This document shows positions 1 through 10,068 of a stretch of DNA of 64,000 bases, piece by piece; the first letter of the stretch is position 1; every line of letters starts with the position of its first letter. The stretch spans positions 640,001 through 704,000 of the forward strand of contig OZ244991.1 in assembly GCA_965223335.1 (NCBI GenBank), given 5' to 3'. The translations under genes and the position numbers were made by a program. The notes under the pieces were generated by a model, which was given only the letters and a program-made list of their open reading frames with translations, was not told the DNA's origin and did not search any database. Source of the DNA: Thermodesulfobacteriota bacterium. GTDB lineage: Bacteria > Desulfobacterota_D > UBA1144 > Nemesobacterales > UBA2774.

Positions 1-42
1 CGGGTCAAACGACCCAGGATATATTGCAATACGCTTTGTCAT
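1..42 (-). CDS. coaD: Phosphopantetheine adenylyltransferase, 5' end only (runs off the window)
   Basis: Reverse complement of 1-42 reads MTKRIAIYPGSFDP, the canonical CoaD N-terminus; directly downstream of rsmD (conserved rsmD-coaD pair). Not in the ORF track. Confidence 0.93.
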   Translation of the reverse strand, partial: MTKRIAIYPGSFDP

Positions 43-44
43 CC

Positions 45-599
45 TTAACCTCCGTCACCTCTCCTAAAATAGCTTACATCCGTACCGCCAAACCTTCTCG
101 TATCTCTTGTGAATCCCTCTATCTCGCGATCGAGCCTGTAGTCATGCTCTATTACTATCACTCCATCTGCAGCCAGCACACCTGAAGCATCCGCAATGAA
201 ATCACCGACCTCCATCTCCTTATAAAGCTTGTAGGGAGGGTCTATAAAAATGAGCTCGAATTTCTCATTATCAGCCCAAAGTCTTTTAACCGCATCTAAA
301 TAATTTATACGTATGAGAGTCGCATGATCTATGAAACCGCATGCAGCAACATTCTCTTTTAAGATACTGAAAACCCCCGGGTCTTTCTCCACAAATGTTA
401 CATGCCGAGCCCCCCTGCTGAGCGATTCGATACCAAGCCCACCTGAACCCGCAAACAGGTCAAGAACCAGTACCCCATTTATATCCCCCAGAGTGTCAAA
501 AATAGACTTTTTCACGCGGCTCGTAGTGGGCCTGATCTGGCGTCCACGAGGCACCTTCAGTTTCCTTCCTTTCACACTGCCTGTAAGCACATGCAACAT
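45..599 (-). CDS. rsmD: 16S rRNA m2G966 methyltransferase
   Basis: RPTTSRVKKSIF, LDLFAGSGGLGIESLSRGA and IFIDPPY motifs; adjacent to coaD. Confidence 0.95.
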   Translation of the reverse strand: MLHVLTGSVKGRKLKVPRGRQIRPTTSRVKKSIFDTLGDINGVLVLDLFAGSGGLGIESLSRGARHVTFVEKDPGVFSILKENVAACGFIDHATLIRINYLDAVKRLWADNEKFELIFIDPPYKLYKEMEVGDFIADASGVLAADGVIVIEHDYRLDREIEGFTRDTRRFGGTDVSYFRRGDGG

Positions 600-783
600 G
601 GGGTTTCTTATACTACCATAGGTGCAATGATTGGCAAAAGCATTGTTTCTATTGGATACAAGACGAGTTTAACTGTACTAGTTAACACACCTATTGCTGT
701 GTGAAATCACCCACTATACAAATTTTTATATTTAATTGATTATCAAGTCACTTCAATCATTGGAAACTTTTAAATGCTCAATT

Positions 784-799
784 TGGTACATTGTTTGCA
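784..799 (+). promoter_or_regulatory. Sigma-54 (-24/-12) promoter for the 849-1907 gene
   Basis: TGGTACATTGTTTGCA has exact GG-N10-GC spacing, 50 bp upstream of the ATG; imperfect palindromes at 699-714 and 715-730 could be activator sites. Confidence 0.7.
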
Positions 800-848
800 G
801 TTCTATTAAGTCGTATTAAATTACAAAATAAACGAGTGAGGGGGAAAA

Positions 849-1907
849 ATGAGAAAGCTAAAGGCATTTATCATCCTGATTATCTTGGCATGCGTACCGA
901 GTATCACTCATCTTAGCTGTGGAAGCAGTAGCGACGGCACAGGTGGGGGTGGACAGACCGGGACGTCCACAGTGATTAACGGCCGTGTCAATAATGTAGT
1001 GGCAATGAACGGTGTAGGCGACTCATCCTATATGCTAACCAAAGTAATAGAGCTCATCCGGTTGGTAGACGAAGCATATGCCCAGGGTGGTGTCGTCGTT
1101 ACGGCGATTGTTGATGGAGTAACTGTCGCCACCGACGTTACCGATCCGGACGGTGAGTTCTCACTAAGTTTTTTACTTGAAAACGCTAGTGAAGTAACTC
1201 TGATTTTCGATATCAATGGTGATATCGTATCTGTCACTATTATTGCCCAAGAGGGTTCAATAATTGAGATTATAGTCGATATTGACTTAAATGAACCTCC
1301 CGGGGAAGAAGTAGAAATAGTAGAGATTGAAGAAGCAGAGGGCCCGATCCGCTGTCAGACCGGGACAGTCGAGATTTTCAAAGAAGAAGGTCAGGACCTG
1401 ATCATTGACGGAGGTGGTGAGGACTGTATAAGAACCGAAGGGAACTGTGAGGTATTCATAGACCCTGCCAACATCATCCTCACAAACTGTGACAAATGCA
1501 TTGACTCTCGCGGAAACTCACAGGTGGTACTAGAAACCACAGACGGCGATATTATCTGCGAAGCTAATGAAGACGGGTTCCGAAGTCGCGGGACCTCAGA
1601 CATTGTTGTGGATGCAAGTGGTGTGATAGAAATCATAGCAGGTGAGCACGGTAATAAAGCCAACGGAAACTCTACGATTACCTTAGGTGCAGCCGCATGT
1701 ATTATAGACAGTGACGAAGATCCATTTGACGAGGATGGTAACGCCGTAATAGATACATCGGGATGTGGAGAAATTATAATCGGACCGGCTCCGTCCCCTG
1801 AGCCTTCTCCTGAACCCTCCCCAGAACCTTCTCCCGAGCCTTCGCCTGAACCATCTCCAGAACCTTCACCCGAGCCATCACCGGAACCCACAGAAGAACC
1901 TAGTTAA
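849..1907 (+). CDS. Acidic putative lipoprotein with Cys-rich beta-helix-like repeats and a C-terminal (PSPE)8 tail
   Basis: Basic-then-hydrophobic N-terminus with lipobox candidates (ILAC or HLSC) followed by a Gly/Ser linker; purine-rich RBS; five periodic coil-like segments; Pro/Ser/Glu tail. Confidence 0.8.
   Translation: MRKLKAFIILIILACVPSITHLSCGSSSDGTGGGGQTGTSTVINGRVNNVVAMNGVGDSSYMLTKVIELIRLVDEAYAQGGVVVTAIVDGVTVATDVTDPDGEFSLSFLLENASEVTLIFDINGDIVSVTIIAQEGSIIEIIVDIDLNEPPGEEVEIVEIEEAEGPIRCQTGTVEIFKEEGQDLIIDGGGEDCIRTEGNCEVFIDPANIILTNCDKCIDSRGNSQVVLETTDGDIICEANEDGFRSRGTSDIVVDASGVIEIIAGEHGNKANGNSTITLGAAACIIDSDEDPFDEDGNAVIDTSGCGEIIIGPAPSPEPSPEPSPEPSPEPSPEPSPEPSPEPSPEPTEEPS
1791..1886 (+). repeat. 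Coding tandem repeat, 8 x 12 bp (Pro-Ser-Pro-Glu)
   Basis: ccg tcc cct gag / cct tct cct gaa / ... eight units with varied synonymous codons. Confidence 0.95.
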
Positions 1908-1917
1908 CTAAAAAGAG

Positions 1918-1947
1918 CTGTGGCGTGTCTTAGTTGACACGCCACAG
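1918..1947. terminator. Hairpin terminator between convergent genes
   Basis: Perfect 12-bp stem CTGTGGCGTGTC-TTAGTT-GACACGCCACAG; the A-run at 1910-1914 gives a U-tract for minus-strand fmt. Confidence 0.8.
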
Positions 1948-1970
1948 TATTACACCCTCCAATAATTTTT

Positions 1971-2894
1971 TTAACCTAACTGGGTACCGATACTAAGTGG
2001 TCTTCCCCGTAAAAAATCCCCTGCTGCTAGCCTCTTTCCGCCTTCCAGCTGTAGTTCTAAGATATCTAATGTACCATCGCCTGTCGCTACCCTTATTATA
2101 GCATCGTCGCTCTCAATTATTTGTCCGGGTACACCCGAGCCCTCAGATACTTTGGATCTATATATTTTAAGTATCTTTGAATTCAGTCGAGTAAAAGCTC
2201 CGGGCCAAGGTAGCAGTCCTCTTATTTGATTAAATATATCCCTGGCAGGCTTTGACCAGTCAATCTCACCGTCCTGCTTTTTTAACATCGGGGCATATGT
2301 GGCCAATGAGTCGTCTTGTCTCTCTGGCGTCAACTTGCCTTCTTTTAAAAGCTCGATTGCATCCAGGATAAGCCCTCCGCCCAACGACGATAACTTGTCG
2401 TGCATGGTTTCACTCGTATCATCCTCAGTTATCGGAACACTCTGCACAAGAAGCATATCCCCCGTGTCCATGCCCTCGTCCATCTGCATTATTGTGACAC
2501 CCGTTTCAGCCTCGCCCCTCATTATTGCCCAGTTGATGGGTGCCGCCCCCCGGTAACGCGGAAGCAATGATGCATGGACATTTATGCACCCATGCTTTGG
2601 TAGGTCCAATATATTCTTGGACAGTATTTTCCCATATGCAGCTACACAAATGAGATCGGGGCCGAGTGATTTTAGTTCGTTATGGAACTCTTCGGTTTTA
2701 ATTTTTGCGGGCTGTAGTACCGGAACTTCATATTTTTGAGCCAGCTCTTTTGTGGGAGGAGCAGTTAGTTTACGCCCCCGGCCTTTGGGTTTGTCGGGCT
2801 GCGCAACTACTGCTATCACTTCATCTTCCGAATCAATAAGTGCTTGTAGTATCGGCACAGAGAACTGGGGAGTACCCATAAAAATCAGTTTCAT
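1971..2894 (-). CDS. fmt: Methionyl-tRNA formyltransferase
   Basis: FMGTPQFS, QPDKPKGRG and INVHASLLPRYRGAAPINWAI motifs. Confidence 0.97.
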   Translation of the reverse strand: MKLIFMGTPQFSVPILQALIDSEDEVIAVVAQPDKPKGRGRKLTAPPTKELAQKYEVPVLQPAKIKTEEFHNELKSLGPDLICVAAYGKILSKNILDLPKHGCINVHASLLPRYRGAAPINWAIMRGEAETGVTIMQMDEGMDTGDMLLVQSVPITEDDTSETMHDKLSSLGGGLILDAIELLKEGKLTPERQDDSLATYAPMLKKQDGEIDWSKPARDIFNQIRGLLPWPGAFTRLNSKILKIYRSKVSEGSGVPGQIIESDDAIIRVATGDGTLDILELQLEGGKRLAAGDFLRGRPLSIGTQLG

Positions 2895-3014
2895 ACCAAT
2901 CTGAGTATATTCAAATAATATTTCAATTCAATTATATGAAATTATTGGTTGAATATGGTTGCTATGGAATTGTTAATCTTAGTAGAATTTTGGTTGAGGG
3001 AAATAAATCTAATT

Positions 3015-4340
3015 TTAAGCTGTTTCTTCGTCTTTTTCTGTGACTGCTTGTGTGATTATATCTGTGAGCCACTTCTTAATACTATCCTGCGAGCCTTTAC
3101 CCAGTATCTTTCGCACTCTGCTAAGTGAGATTACAGCTTTAGCAGCCGATCTGTGCCCGCCTGCACTGCCTATATCCTTAAATAGATCCCGCACAAGCTT
3201 GCCAGCGCTCTTTACATAGCCCACATTCCTAACCGAGATAACCAGGTGACAGTTGGCTACTATGCCAAACGATACAGACCACTCCATGCCCTTAACCTGG
3301 TTGCCGAAGTCCGCCATTTTTGGGATCAGATATTCCCTGTCCACACGCCCCACGTTTACAAAAAATATCTTGTCGTTGATCCAGTGATCCGCAAGTGCCT
3401 GTCCCAGCGACTTCATCTCGTTTGGGGGGACCTCGGCGCGTTCTATCTTTCTCATAAGCCCCAGATTTGCATGGGGATAAAGGAAGGTGAACGCTTCTAT
3501 GTCGTCGGTGTTTGCATCCCTGTTCAAAGACATGGTATCTGTCTTTATTCCGTAAAGCAGTGCAGTGGCCAGCCGCTCCGATATATCTACCTGTGCGGCT
3601 CTTAGATACTTCGTCAGTATGGTACAGGTAGCACCCTCCTGAGTACGGATCTCTGTGAACTTGGCGTCGTAGGTATCCACTTGAGGATGGTGATCTATAA
3701 CCGTATCCACCGGGGGCAGGTGCTGTCCGAAAAACGGGGGCTGCACATCCAATAGAGCTATGGAATCAAAGTCTTTTAGCATCGAGAACGATACCTCTTC
3801 GAGGTCAATGTCCAGGAGCTCTATCATTGCCACATTTTCTGGGCGCGAGATCTTCTCACCCATATGCCCTATTATGGCAGTCTGCTTGTTTCGTTTGAGT
3901 AATGTACGTAGTGCGAGCGCGCTGGCAATGGAATCGGGGTCCGGGTGATCATGCAGCAAAACAAGCAACTTCTTGGCATTTGCATGCACCGCTCTCAACT
4001 CCTCCACTCTAAGCTCTGTCCTTGCTAACTTCTCTTCTCTCGCAATCTCTTCTGACAGAATTTTATGAAACGGTACATAGCGTACTTTTGGAGGGGGCTC
4101 ATCGTGTTCCTCCCCGTTGCTCACTATTATCGGTGTATTGGGGTAATGGATAGAGAGGTCGTTGGACATCTCTGTATTGAAATATCCGTGCTCTACCATA
4201 ATTACAGAAAAGTTCCCGGTCTGGTTAAGCGCCTCTTCGATTGAGCTAACCCAAATAACCTCGCCCCTTTTAGAAAAAAGGCCCAGGAGCAACGAATCGA
4301 AATCTCCAATAAATAAGTATCTTGTGACTGCCTTCTGCAT
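3015..4340 (-). CDS. DHH/DHHA1 phosphoesterase with a ~110-aa N-terminal extension
   Basis: HDHPDPDSIASA, VIDHH, GIKTDT and SAGGH motifs. Confidence 0.85.
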   Translation of the reverse strand: MQKAVTRYLFIGDFDSLLLGLFSKRGEVIWVSSIEEALNQTGNFSVIMVEHGYFNTEMSNDLSIHYPNTPIIVSNGEEHDEPPPKVRYVPFHKILSEEIAREEKLARTELRVEELRAVHANAKKLLVLLHDHPDPDSIASALALRTLLKRNKQTAIIGHMGEKISRPENVAMIELLDIDLEEVSFSMLKDFDSIALLDVQPPFFGQHLPPVDTVIDHHPQVDTYDAKFTEIRTQEGATCTILTKYLRAAQVDISERLATALLYGIKTDTMSLNRDANTDDIEAFTFLYPHANLGLMRKIERAEVPPNEMKSLGQALADHWINDKIFFVNVGRVDREYLIPKMADFGNQVKGMEWSVSFGIVANCHLVISVRNVGYVKSAGKLVRDLFKDIGSAGGHRSAAKAVISLSRVRKILGKGSQDSIKKWLTDIITQAVTEKDEETA

Positions 4341-4362
4341 ATTCGAGCTCTATTCAATTAAT

Positions 4363-5172
4363 TCAATTTGTAGCGCTTCTCTCACATGCACTGCTTAAAC
4401 CGGAAATCAATATCGATAAATTCTCTAGTAACTGCTCTTTATTATTTCCGTCTTTTTCGATTATCCTGACAATAGCGCTTCCCACTATAACAGCGTCGGC
4501 AATCTCCGCAATCTTTTTGGCCTGTTCGGGGCTAGACACCCCAAACCCTATGCCCACTGGAAGTTTAGTAGTGCTTTTAATCTCAGCAGCGAGTTCGTCT
4601 ATCGAGTAATCCATATCCGGGCGCTCCCCGGTCACACCCGTTACCGACACCAGGTACACAAACCCGCTAGCACGCTGCGAGACCAGTTCTATGCGTTCTT
4701 GAGTGCTTGTAGGGGCCAGTAAAAACACCAGGTCGAGCCCTGCTTTATTAAGCTCCTCGCTAAACTCTGCGGATTCTTCGGGTGGGAGGTCCACTACCAA
4801 TACCCCGTCTACACCGGCTTCTTTAGCATCACACGCAAACTCCTCTAAACCATAAGTGTAAAACGGATTATAGTAACCGAATATAATTATCGGGATATCA
4901 GATCGTGTACGTATTTTCTTCACACAGTCCAATACACCTTGTAATGTAGTGCCAGAAGAAAGGGCCCTTTCCGAAGCAAGCTGGATTGCCGGGCCATCGG
5001 CCATAGGATCTGAAAACGGCACTCCCAGTTCTATGATATCGGCCCCACTCTCTTCGAGCTTGAATACTAAATCGGGCGTGAGGTCAAGCGACGGATCCCC
5101 AGCGGTTATATAAGTAACCAAAGCCGCCCTATCCTTACCCGTAAGCTCTTTGAATTTGTTCTCTATCTGCAT
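4363..5172 (-). CDS. trpA: Tryptophan synthase alpha chain
   Basis: YITAGDP, IELGVPFSDPMADGPAIQ, GVTG, GFGV and IVGSA motifs. Confidence 0.97.
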   Translation of the reverse strand: MQIENKFKELTGKDRAALVTYITAGDPSLDLTPDLVFKLEESGADIIELGVPFSDPMADGPAIQLASERALSSGTTLQGVLDCVKKIRTRSDIPIIIFGYYNPFYTYGLEEFACDAKEAGVDGVLVVDLPPEESAEFSEELNKAGLDLVFLLAPTSTQERIELVSQRASGFVYLVSVTGVTGERPDMDYSIDELAAEIKSTTKLPVGIGFGVSSPEQAKKIAEIADAVIVGSAIVRIIEKDGNNKEQLLENLSILISGLSSACERSATN

Positions 5173-5574
5173 ATCAATGCTACTTGGTTCTCTACTATTA
5201 ATTTAATTTGATTTATTATATTCCGTAATAAGAGGGAACAATGCACACATTATCGAATCTCTCAAAAGCCTACATTGTCATGATTTTGTTGACAGCACCC
5301 AACCCAAATAACCAAGCAACCAAAAACAAACTCTAACAGCTCAAAATTATAAGTCAAGATGCAGGAGCATAGCTCTATAATCAGTTCGATTTACAAAAAT
5401 TCACGCAACTTCATCGTCGTAAATCTGATTTGGTATGTATTGTGATATAAGTCTTTATCGATCTACCAATGCTTTAACCGAAACACTTTTGAGCTCAGAA
5501 TAAAGCTAAAAAGCATATTGGCAATCCTATCAAACTTATTTTCTTGTACCTCAATCATAGTGAATACCACTTTT

Positions 5575-5590
5575 GCAAGGCCTATGCCAA
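5575..5590 (-). promoter_or_regulatory. Sigma-54 (-24/-12) promoter inside the trpB-trpA gap, facing trpA
   Basis: Minus strand reads TTGGCATAGGCCTTGC(A), a near-consensus GG-N10-GC site. Confidence 0.7.
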
Positions 5591-5683
5591 CAGGCTACAA
5601 AGCAATCATGAACTCGTAACCTTCCTATATTACTGCATATTATTCATCCAACTGTATAACAACAAACATATATATGACGAGAA

Positions 5684-5700
5684 TTGTCGCCTTGCGACAA
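5684..5700. promoter_or_regulatory. Perfect inverted repeat, candidate enhancer-binding-protein site
   Basis: TTGTCGC-CTT-GCGACAA, about 95-110 bp upstream of the minus-strand sigma-54 site. Confidence 0.5.
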
Positions 5701-5749
5701 TATTTGGCATTGATTATGGGATATGTCAATAAGTGGTTTGGTCAGGCTA

Positions 5750-6949
5750 TTATTCTAAATTGAGTAATCCGTCAACCGAGTTAAGGTCCTTGTCCCCGCG
5801 TCCGGACAAACAAGTTATTATGCTTGTATCCGTAGACATACCGGGGGCAGCCTTCATGACATGTGCTATCGCATGCGCCGACTCCAGTGCCGGTATTATG
5901 CCCTCGGTCTCCGATATGAACTGGAAGCCCTCGAGCGCCTCTTTATCTGTGACGTAGGCGTAGTCAACACGTCCCAGGTCATTTAAAAACGAGTGTTCGG
6001 GCCCCACTCCAGGGTAATCGAGCCCGGGTGCAACGGAATGAGTACCCTTGACTTGTCCGTACTGGTCCTGCAGCAAATATGTCTTACTGCCGTGCAATAC
6101 CCCCACGGACCCGTCGGATATGCTGGCAGCATGGTGTCCGGTGGCAAGACCCTCCCCGGCCGCCTCTACCCCACACATAGCTACATCACTATCGTCTAAA
6201 AAGGGGTAGAACAATCCCATTGCGTTAGAACCACCCCCTACACAAGCCACAAGGAGGTTGGGCAGTTTGCCCTCTACTTCTAGAATCTGCTCTCGTGCCT
6301 CCACTCCTATTACCGACTGGAAATCCCTTACCATCATCGGGTAAGGATGCGGTCCTGCGACACTACCGATAATATAAAAAGTAGACCTCACATTTGTAAT
6401 CCAATCCCTCATTGCCTCATTCATGGCGTCTTTAAGTGTCTTTGTCCCCTGGTCTACCTCTCTTACCTTAGCTCCCAGGAGTTTCATACGCAGGACATTA
6501 AGCGCTTGACGCTTGGTGTCTTCGGAGCCCATAAAAATCTCGCACTCCATATCTAGCAATGCGGCCACTGTGGCTGTAGCAACTCCGTGCTGACCGGCAC
6601 CTGTCTCGGCAATGATCCTTTTTTTGCCCATCCTGGCTGCCAAGAGTACTTGGCCTATGGTGTTGTTGATCTTATGCGCACCGGTGTGTGCAAGGTCCTC
6701 TCGCTTTAAATAGATCTTTGCCCCGCCGAGCTCCCTGGTCATCCTCTCGGCAAAGTAAAGCGGGGTGGGACGCCCAACATACTGGGCCAGGTAGTAGTTA
6801 AGCTCGTCTTTAAAAGTCTTGTCGTTTTTTATCTCGTTGTATGCGTTCTCGAGTTCGAGTATGGCGGGCATCAAAGTCTCAGAGACATACCTGCCCCCAT
6901 ATATACCAAAGTGGCCGTACTCGTCAGGTCTCTGCGTTTTTGTCTCCAT
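5750..6949 (-). CDS. trpB: Tryptophan synthase beta chain
   Basis: [15 protein letters not shown] (PLP Lys), [14 protein letters not shown] and SGRGDKD motifs. Confidence 0.98.
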   Translation of the reverse strand: METKTQRPDEYGHFGIYGGRYVSETLMPAILELENAYNEIKNDKTFKDELNYYLAQYVGRPTPLYFAERMTRELGGAKIYLKREDLAHTGAHKINNTIGQVLLAARMGKKRIIAETGAGQHGVATATVAALLDMECEIFMGSEDTKRQALNVLRMKLLGAKVREVDQGTKTLKDAMNEAMRDWITNVRSTFYIIGSVAGPHPYPMMVRDFQSVIGVEAREQILEVEGKLPNLLVACVGGGSNAMGLFYPFLDDSDVAMCGVEAAGEGLATGHHAASISDGSVGVLHGSKTYLLQDQYGQVKGTHSVAPGLDYPGVGPEHSFLNDLGRVDYAYVTDKEALEGFQFISETEGIIPALESAHAIAHVMKAAPGMSTDTSIITCLSGRGDKDLNSVDGLLNLE

Positions 6950-7553
6950 TTCTCACCGCCTTAAAAAATTCTACTAATTTACTCTCGTCCTTTTTACCCG
7001 GAGATTCTTCCACGCCCGAGCTCACATCCACCGCATAGGGGTTTATAGTTTTAATGGCATCCAAAACATTTTCGGGCCCAAGCCCCCCAGAGAGTATGAT
7101 TCTTTTAGGGGTGTTTAACTCACCCAGCAGGTCCCAGTTAAAACTCTCTCCGGTTCCCCCGTAAAACTCCTTCGAATAGTTGTCAAAGAGAATAGCTTGT
7201 CCTGGATAAAGATCAACAATACCGGTATCGAAGGTGCTGTCTACCCTTAAGGCTTTTATGACTTCTCCGGAAACCTCGTGACAGAACTTGGGTGTTTCGT
7301 CACCGTGGAGCTGTACCGTGTGAATCCCTGTCGCACCAACCACTTCATCAAGTTCATCCAGCCCCGGGTTTACAAACACCCCTACTGTATATACAAAAGG
7401 AGGTAGCTCCTTAATAATATCCGCCGCATCCCCAGGCTCGATGAACCTTTTGCTCTTGCTGTAGAATACAAATCCCAGCGCATGGGCACCCAGATCCACA
7501 GCAAGCCCGGCATCTCGAATACTGGTGATACCGCAAATCTTTACTCTGGTCAT
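6924..7553 (-). CDS. trpF: Phosphoribosylanthranilate isomerase
   Basis: [18 protein letters not shown] and VDVSSGVE motifs; overlaps the trpB start by 26 nt. Confidence 0.96.
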   Translation of the reverse strand: MTRVKICGITSIRDAGLAVDLGAHALGFVFYSKSKRFIEPGDAADIIKELPPFVYTVGVFVNPGLDELDEVVGATGIHTVQLHGDETPKFCHEVSGEVIKALRVDSTFDTGIVDLYPGQAILFDNYSKEFYGGTGESFNWDLLGELNTPKRIILSGGLGPENVLDAIKTINPYAVDVSSGVEESPGKKDESKLVEFFKAVRNGDKNAET

Positions 7554-7625
7554 CCCATGATTATAAGATGTGAATATCGGATGTAAACAAAAATAGCTAT
7601 CAATAGAGAGTTCAATTGTGGTAAT

Positions 7626-8750
7626 TCAGTGTTTAGGATTTTCTTTCAGGTACGAAACCAGTGCCTCGGATAGGGCCCTGTATCCGTTTTTGTTGGTGTG
7701 GCCACCGAAATTGTTTGGATAGATTTGCTCAGTTGCAGCAGCTCCTTTAAGTAGCGGCAGCGTATCGATAAAAGCTATTCTATTATTGATCAGAAAGTCC
7801 TGAATCCGGCTGTTCAATTTTTCTTCCAGTAATGCAACCTCTAATATTTTCTCGCGCCCTGCCAACAAATCGTCCTTTTTTATGTAGTCACTATATACAG
7901 ATTCTTTTGTCGGAATAATCACAATAAGAAGCTCGGTATCCCTTTTCTTCGCGATCTCGTTCATTCGATCTAAGAAATCCAACGTCAGTCGAAGGCCTTC
8001 TTTTACCTCTTGTGTTTCAAGATCTACTCCACGGAGTCTATCCCCGGGGGTAAAACCTGTATTTATTCCCAACTCTTCATGAGAGTACATAACTATATCT
8101 TCCCCCCTACTTAGCCTCCGCTGCTGTCTTAGGCTGTCACCTATAGGGGACGAACTGACGAGCCTGTAAAAAACACTGTGCGAGGACAAAAACTCTCCCA
8201 GTTTCGGTTTCTCGGTTAATGTACGGTTTTCGTTTGGATTATTCTTTAGGCCCTGCTCTATCTCCCTATCCCTCATGTCTCTCCAGTGCTCGACACCATA
8301 CACCGCATCAAACGCATCTTTTAGGTCGTTACCTAGGTATAGCCCCACAACTATGAGATCTGGTTTAAGTTCAAGCGCTTTATCCTCGAGCAGGTACAGG
8401 TACTCAGCAGGCCCCCAACCCCCGAGCGAGAGGTTATAGACCGTTTTATTCGTGAGCGCAGCGAGCTGAGCTGGCCATGAATCCTTGGCTGTGGCGCTTA
8501 TGCCATATGTATGGGAATCCCCTATGGCCACAACATCCGCTTTGATAGGGACCGACCTGTTTCTAAACCCCCACCGGTCATGGGCACCCGTGCCCGGGGC
8601 CAGTTTATACCTCAATATATCGTCTGGAACCCTGCTCGGCTTTAAGAAATCTATTGGATCGAATACGGCTCTCGATATACCCTCTGCAACGAGCAAAGAG
8701 AAAACTAATGCAAGAGTTATAAGCAGCGCCTTTTTTGTAAATTTTCCCAT
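7626..8750 (-). CDS. Membrane-anchored SGNH/GDSL-fold protein (AlgX/AlgJ-like)
   Basis: N-terminal TM helix; GFR..., AIGDSHTYG (block I), GND (block III), C-terminal GGHTN. Confidence 0.7.
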   Translation of the reverse strand: MGKFTKKALLITLALVFSLLVAEGISRAVFDPIDFLKPSRVPDDILRYKLAPGTGAHDRWGFRNRSVPIKADVVAIGDSHTYGISATAKDSWPAQLAALTNKTVYNLSLGGWGPAEYLYLLEDKALELKPDLIVVGLYLGNDLKDAFDAVYGVEHWRDMRDREIEQGLKNNPNENRTLTEKPKLGEFLSSHSVFYRLVSSSPIGDSLRQQRRLSRGEDIVMYSHEELGINTGFTPGDRLRGVDLETQEVKEGLRLTLDFLDRMNEIAKKRDTELLIVIIPTKESVYSDYIKKDDLLAGREKILEVALLEEKLNSRIQDFLINNRIAFIDTLPLLKGAAATEQIYPNNFGGHTNKNGYRALSEALVSYLKENPKH

Positions 8751-8938
8751 AACGATATCAGACTACTTTTATGAGTTCATAGAATCTAAGGCAATTAAAT
8801 TCCAAGCCCGCAACATATTTGATGTAAGTCTATTTAACCATGCAAACAGGATCAAACCTAAATTAGTTTATGGTATATTCATCTCCGTGTATCAGGTTTT
8901 TAGACTAAAGTTTTTTCATATATAAAACACACATAAAA

Positions 8939-10039
8939 TTGGACAAGAAAAAAAAATTACTGCTAGTCGTGCTAAGCATTGGGTTTGCTCTCCTTTTCCT
9001 CGAGATTGCAACAAGGACATGGCTCTATCTTATAGCGTCGGATGAAACTCGTCTCGAGTACTCGCTACACTCCTATCTCTCACCCGACGACCAAAGATAC
9101 ATCAGACACCACTACTTAAACTACTACCCGAACCCCTCATACGAAAGGGCCGGCACGAAACACAACTCGCTTGGATTCAGGGGACCCGAGATCATTGTAC
9201 CCAAACCCGACGGTGTAGTGCGCATAGTAGCCCTCGGGGGCTCAAGCACCTACACAATAAATGTTAAGAACAACGAACACACCTTTACTGCAAGGCTCCA
9301 GGACATACTCCGCGAGCAGTACGATTACAAGAACGTCGAGGTCATTAACGCTGGAGTGGGCGGGTATAACTCGTGGGAATCACTCATCAACCTCGCATTT
9401 CGAGTACTAGACCTAGAACCCGATCTATTGATTATCTATCAAGGCACAAATGATGTGCATGCCAGGTTTGTACCCCCCGAGCACTACAAGGCCGATAACT
9501 CCGGTCACAGGAAACAGTGGGAATCACCGTCTATACCGCTTGTGGAAAACAGTGCTCTATTTCGAGTGTTATTCCGAAAGTCGGGTATAACTTCACAGGT
9601 CGGGATCGGTAACTTCGTAAAGGCTGACACCGACTATAGTCATAATGAAGTGGGAGATAAAAATCCTCTGGAACTCCTAGAAAAAAACAAACCGGTTTTT
9701 TATGAGCGAAACTTAAAAAATATGTTAGCCATAGCCGATACCAACGATATAGATGCGATGCTGGCAACATGGGCATACTCTCCCAACTTCGACGATTACG
9801 CCTCTACGGAACATTATCAAAGAGGGTTTATGGAGAATAATAATGTTGTAAAAAAAGTGGCCGAGGACACATCCGCTCCCCTATTTGATTTTGCAGCGGT
9901 GATGCCTAAAGACCCCGAGTACTGGTCCGACGGCAGACATGTAAACGAAAAAGGTGCAGACTACAAAGCGCGTCTATTTGCCGATTATATCCACGAAAAC
10001 AATTTGATTTCTAACACGCAGAGTCCGAAAAAAGAGTAA
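8939..10039 (+). CDS. Membrane-anchored SGNH/GDSL hydrolase
   Basis: TTG start; N-terminal TM; NSLGFRG, ALGGSST, NAGVGGY, GTND and DGRH motifs. Confidence 0.8.
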   Translation: MDKKKKLLLVVLSIGFALLFLEIATRTWLYLIASDETRLEYSLHSYLSPDDQRYIRHHYLNYYPNPSYERAGTKHNSLGFRGPEIIVPKPDGVVRIVALGGSSTYTINVKNNEHTFTARLQDILREQYDYKNVEVINAGVGGYNSWESLINLAFRVLDLEPDLLIIYQGTNDVHARFVPPEHYKADNSGHRKQWESPSIPLVENSALFRVLFRKSGITSQVGIGNFVKADTDYSHNEVGDKNPLELLEKNKPVFYERNLKNMLAIADTNDIDAMLATWAYSPNFDDYASTEHYQRGFMENNNVVKKVAEDTSAPLFDFAAVMPKDPEYWSDGRHVNEKGADYKARLFADYIHENNLISNTQSPKKE

Positions 10040-10068
10040 GACCCGAGAACTCACTCACAAGCAGCGTA

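Noticed and set aside
1791..1886. Tandem repeat as a CRISPR array or phase-variable tract
   Set aside because: In-frame 12-bp coding units with synonymous variation, no spacers and no cas genes.
1391..1891. Antisense ORF with (GSGE)n repeat, and the many other ORFs opposite known genes
   Set aside because: Shadow frames of well-supported genes, with no independent RBS or motifs.
5463..5558. Classical trp attenuator leader
   Set aside because: Only one Trp codon, no clear terminator/antiterminator, and it lies mid-operon; kept only as a weak option in the findings.
5544..5732. 62-aa plus-strand ORF in the trp gap
   Set aside because: TTG start without an RBS, odd composition, and it overlaps the promoter and palindrome; probably non-coding.
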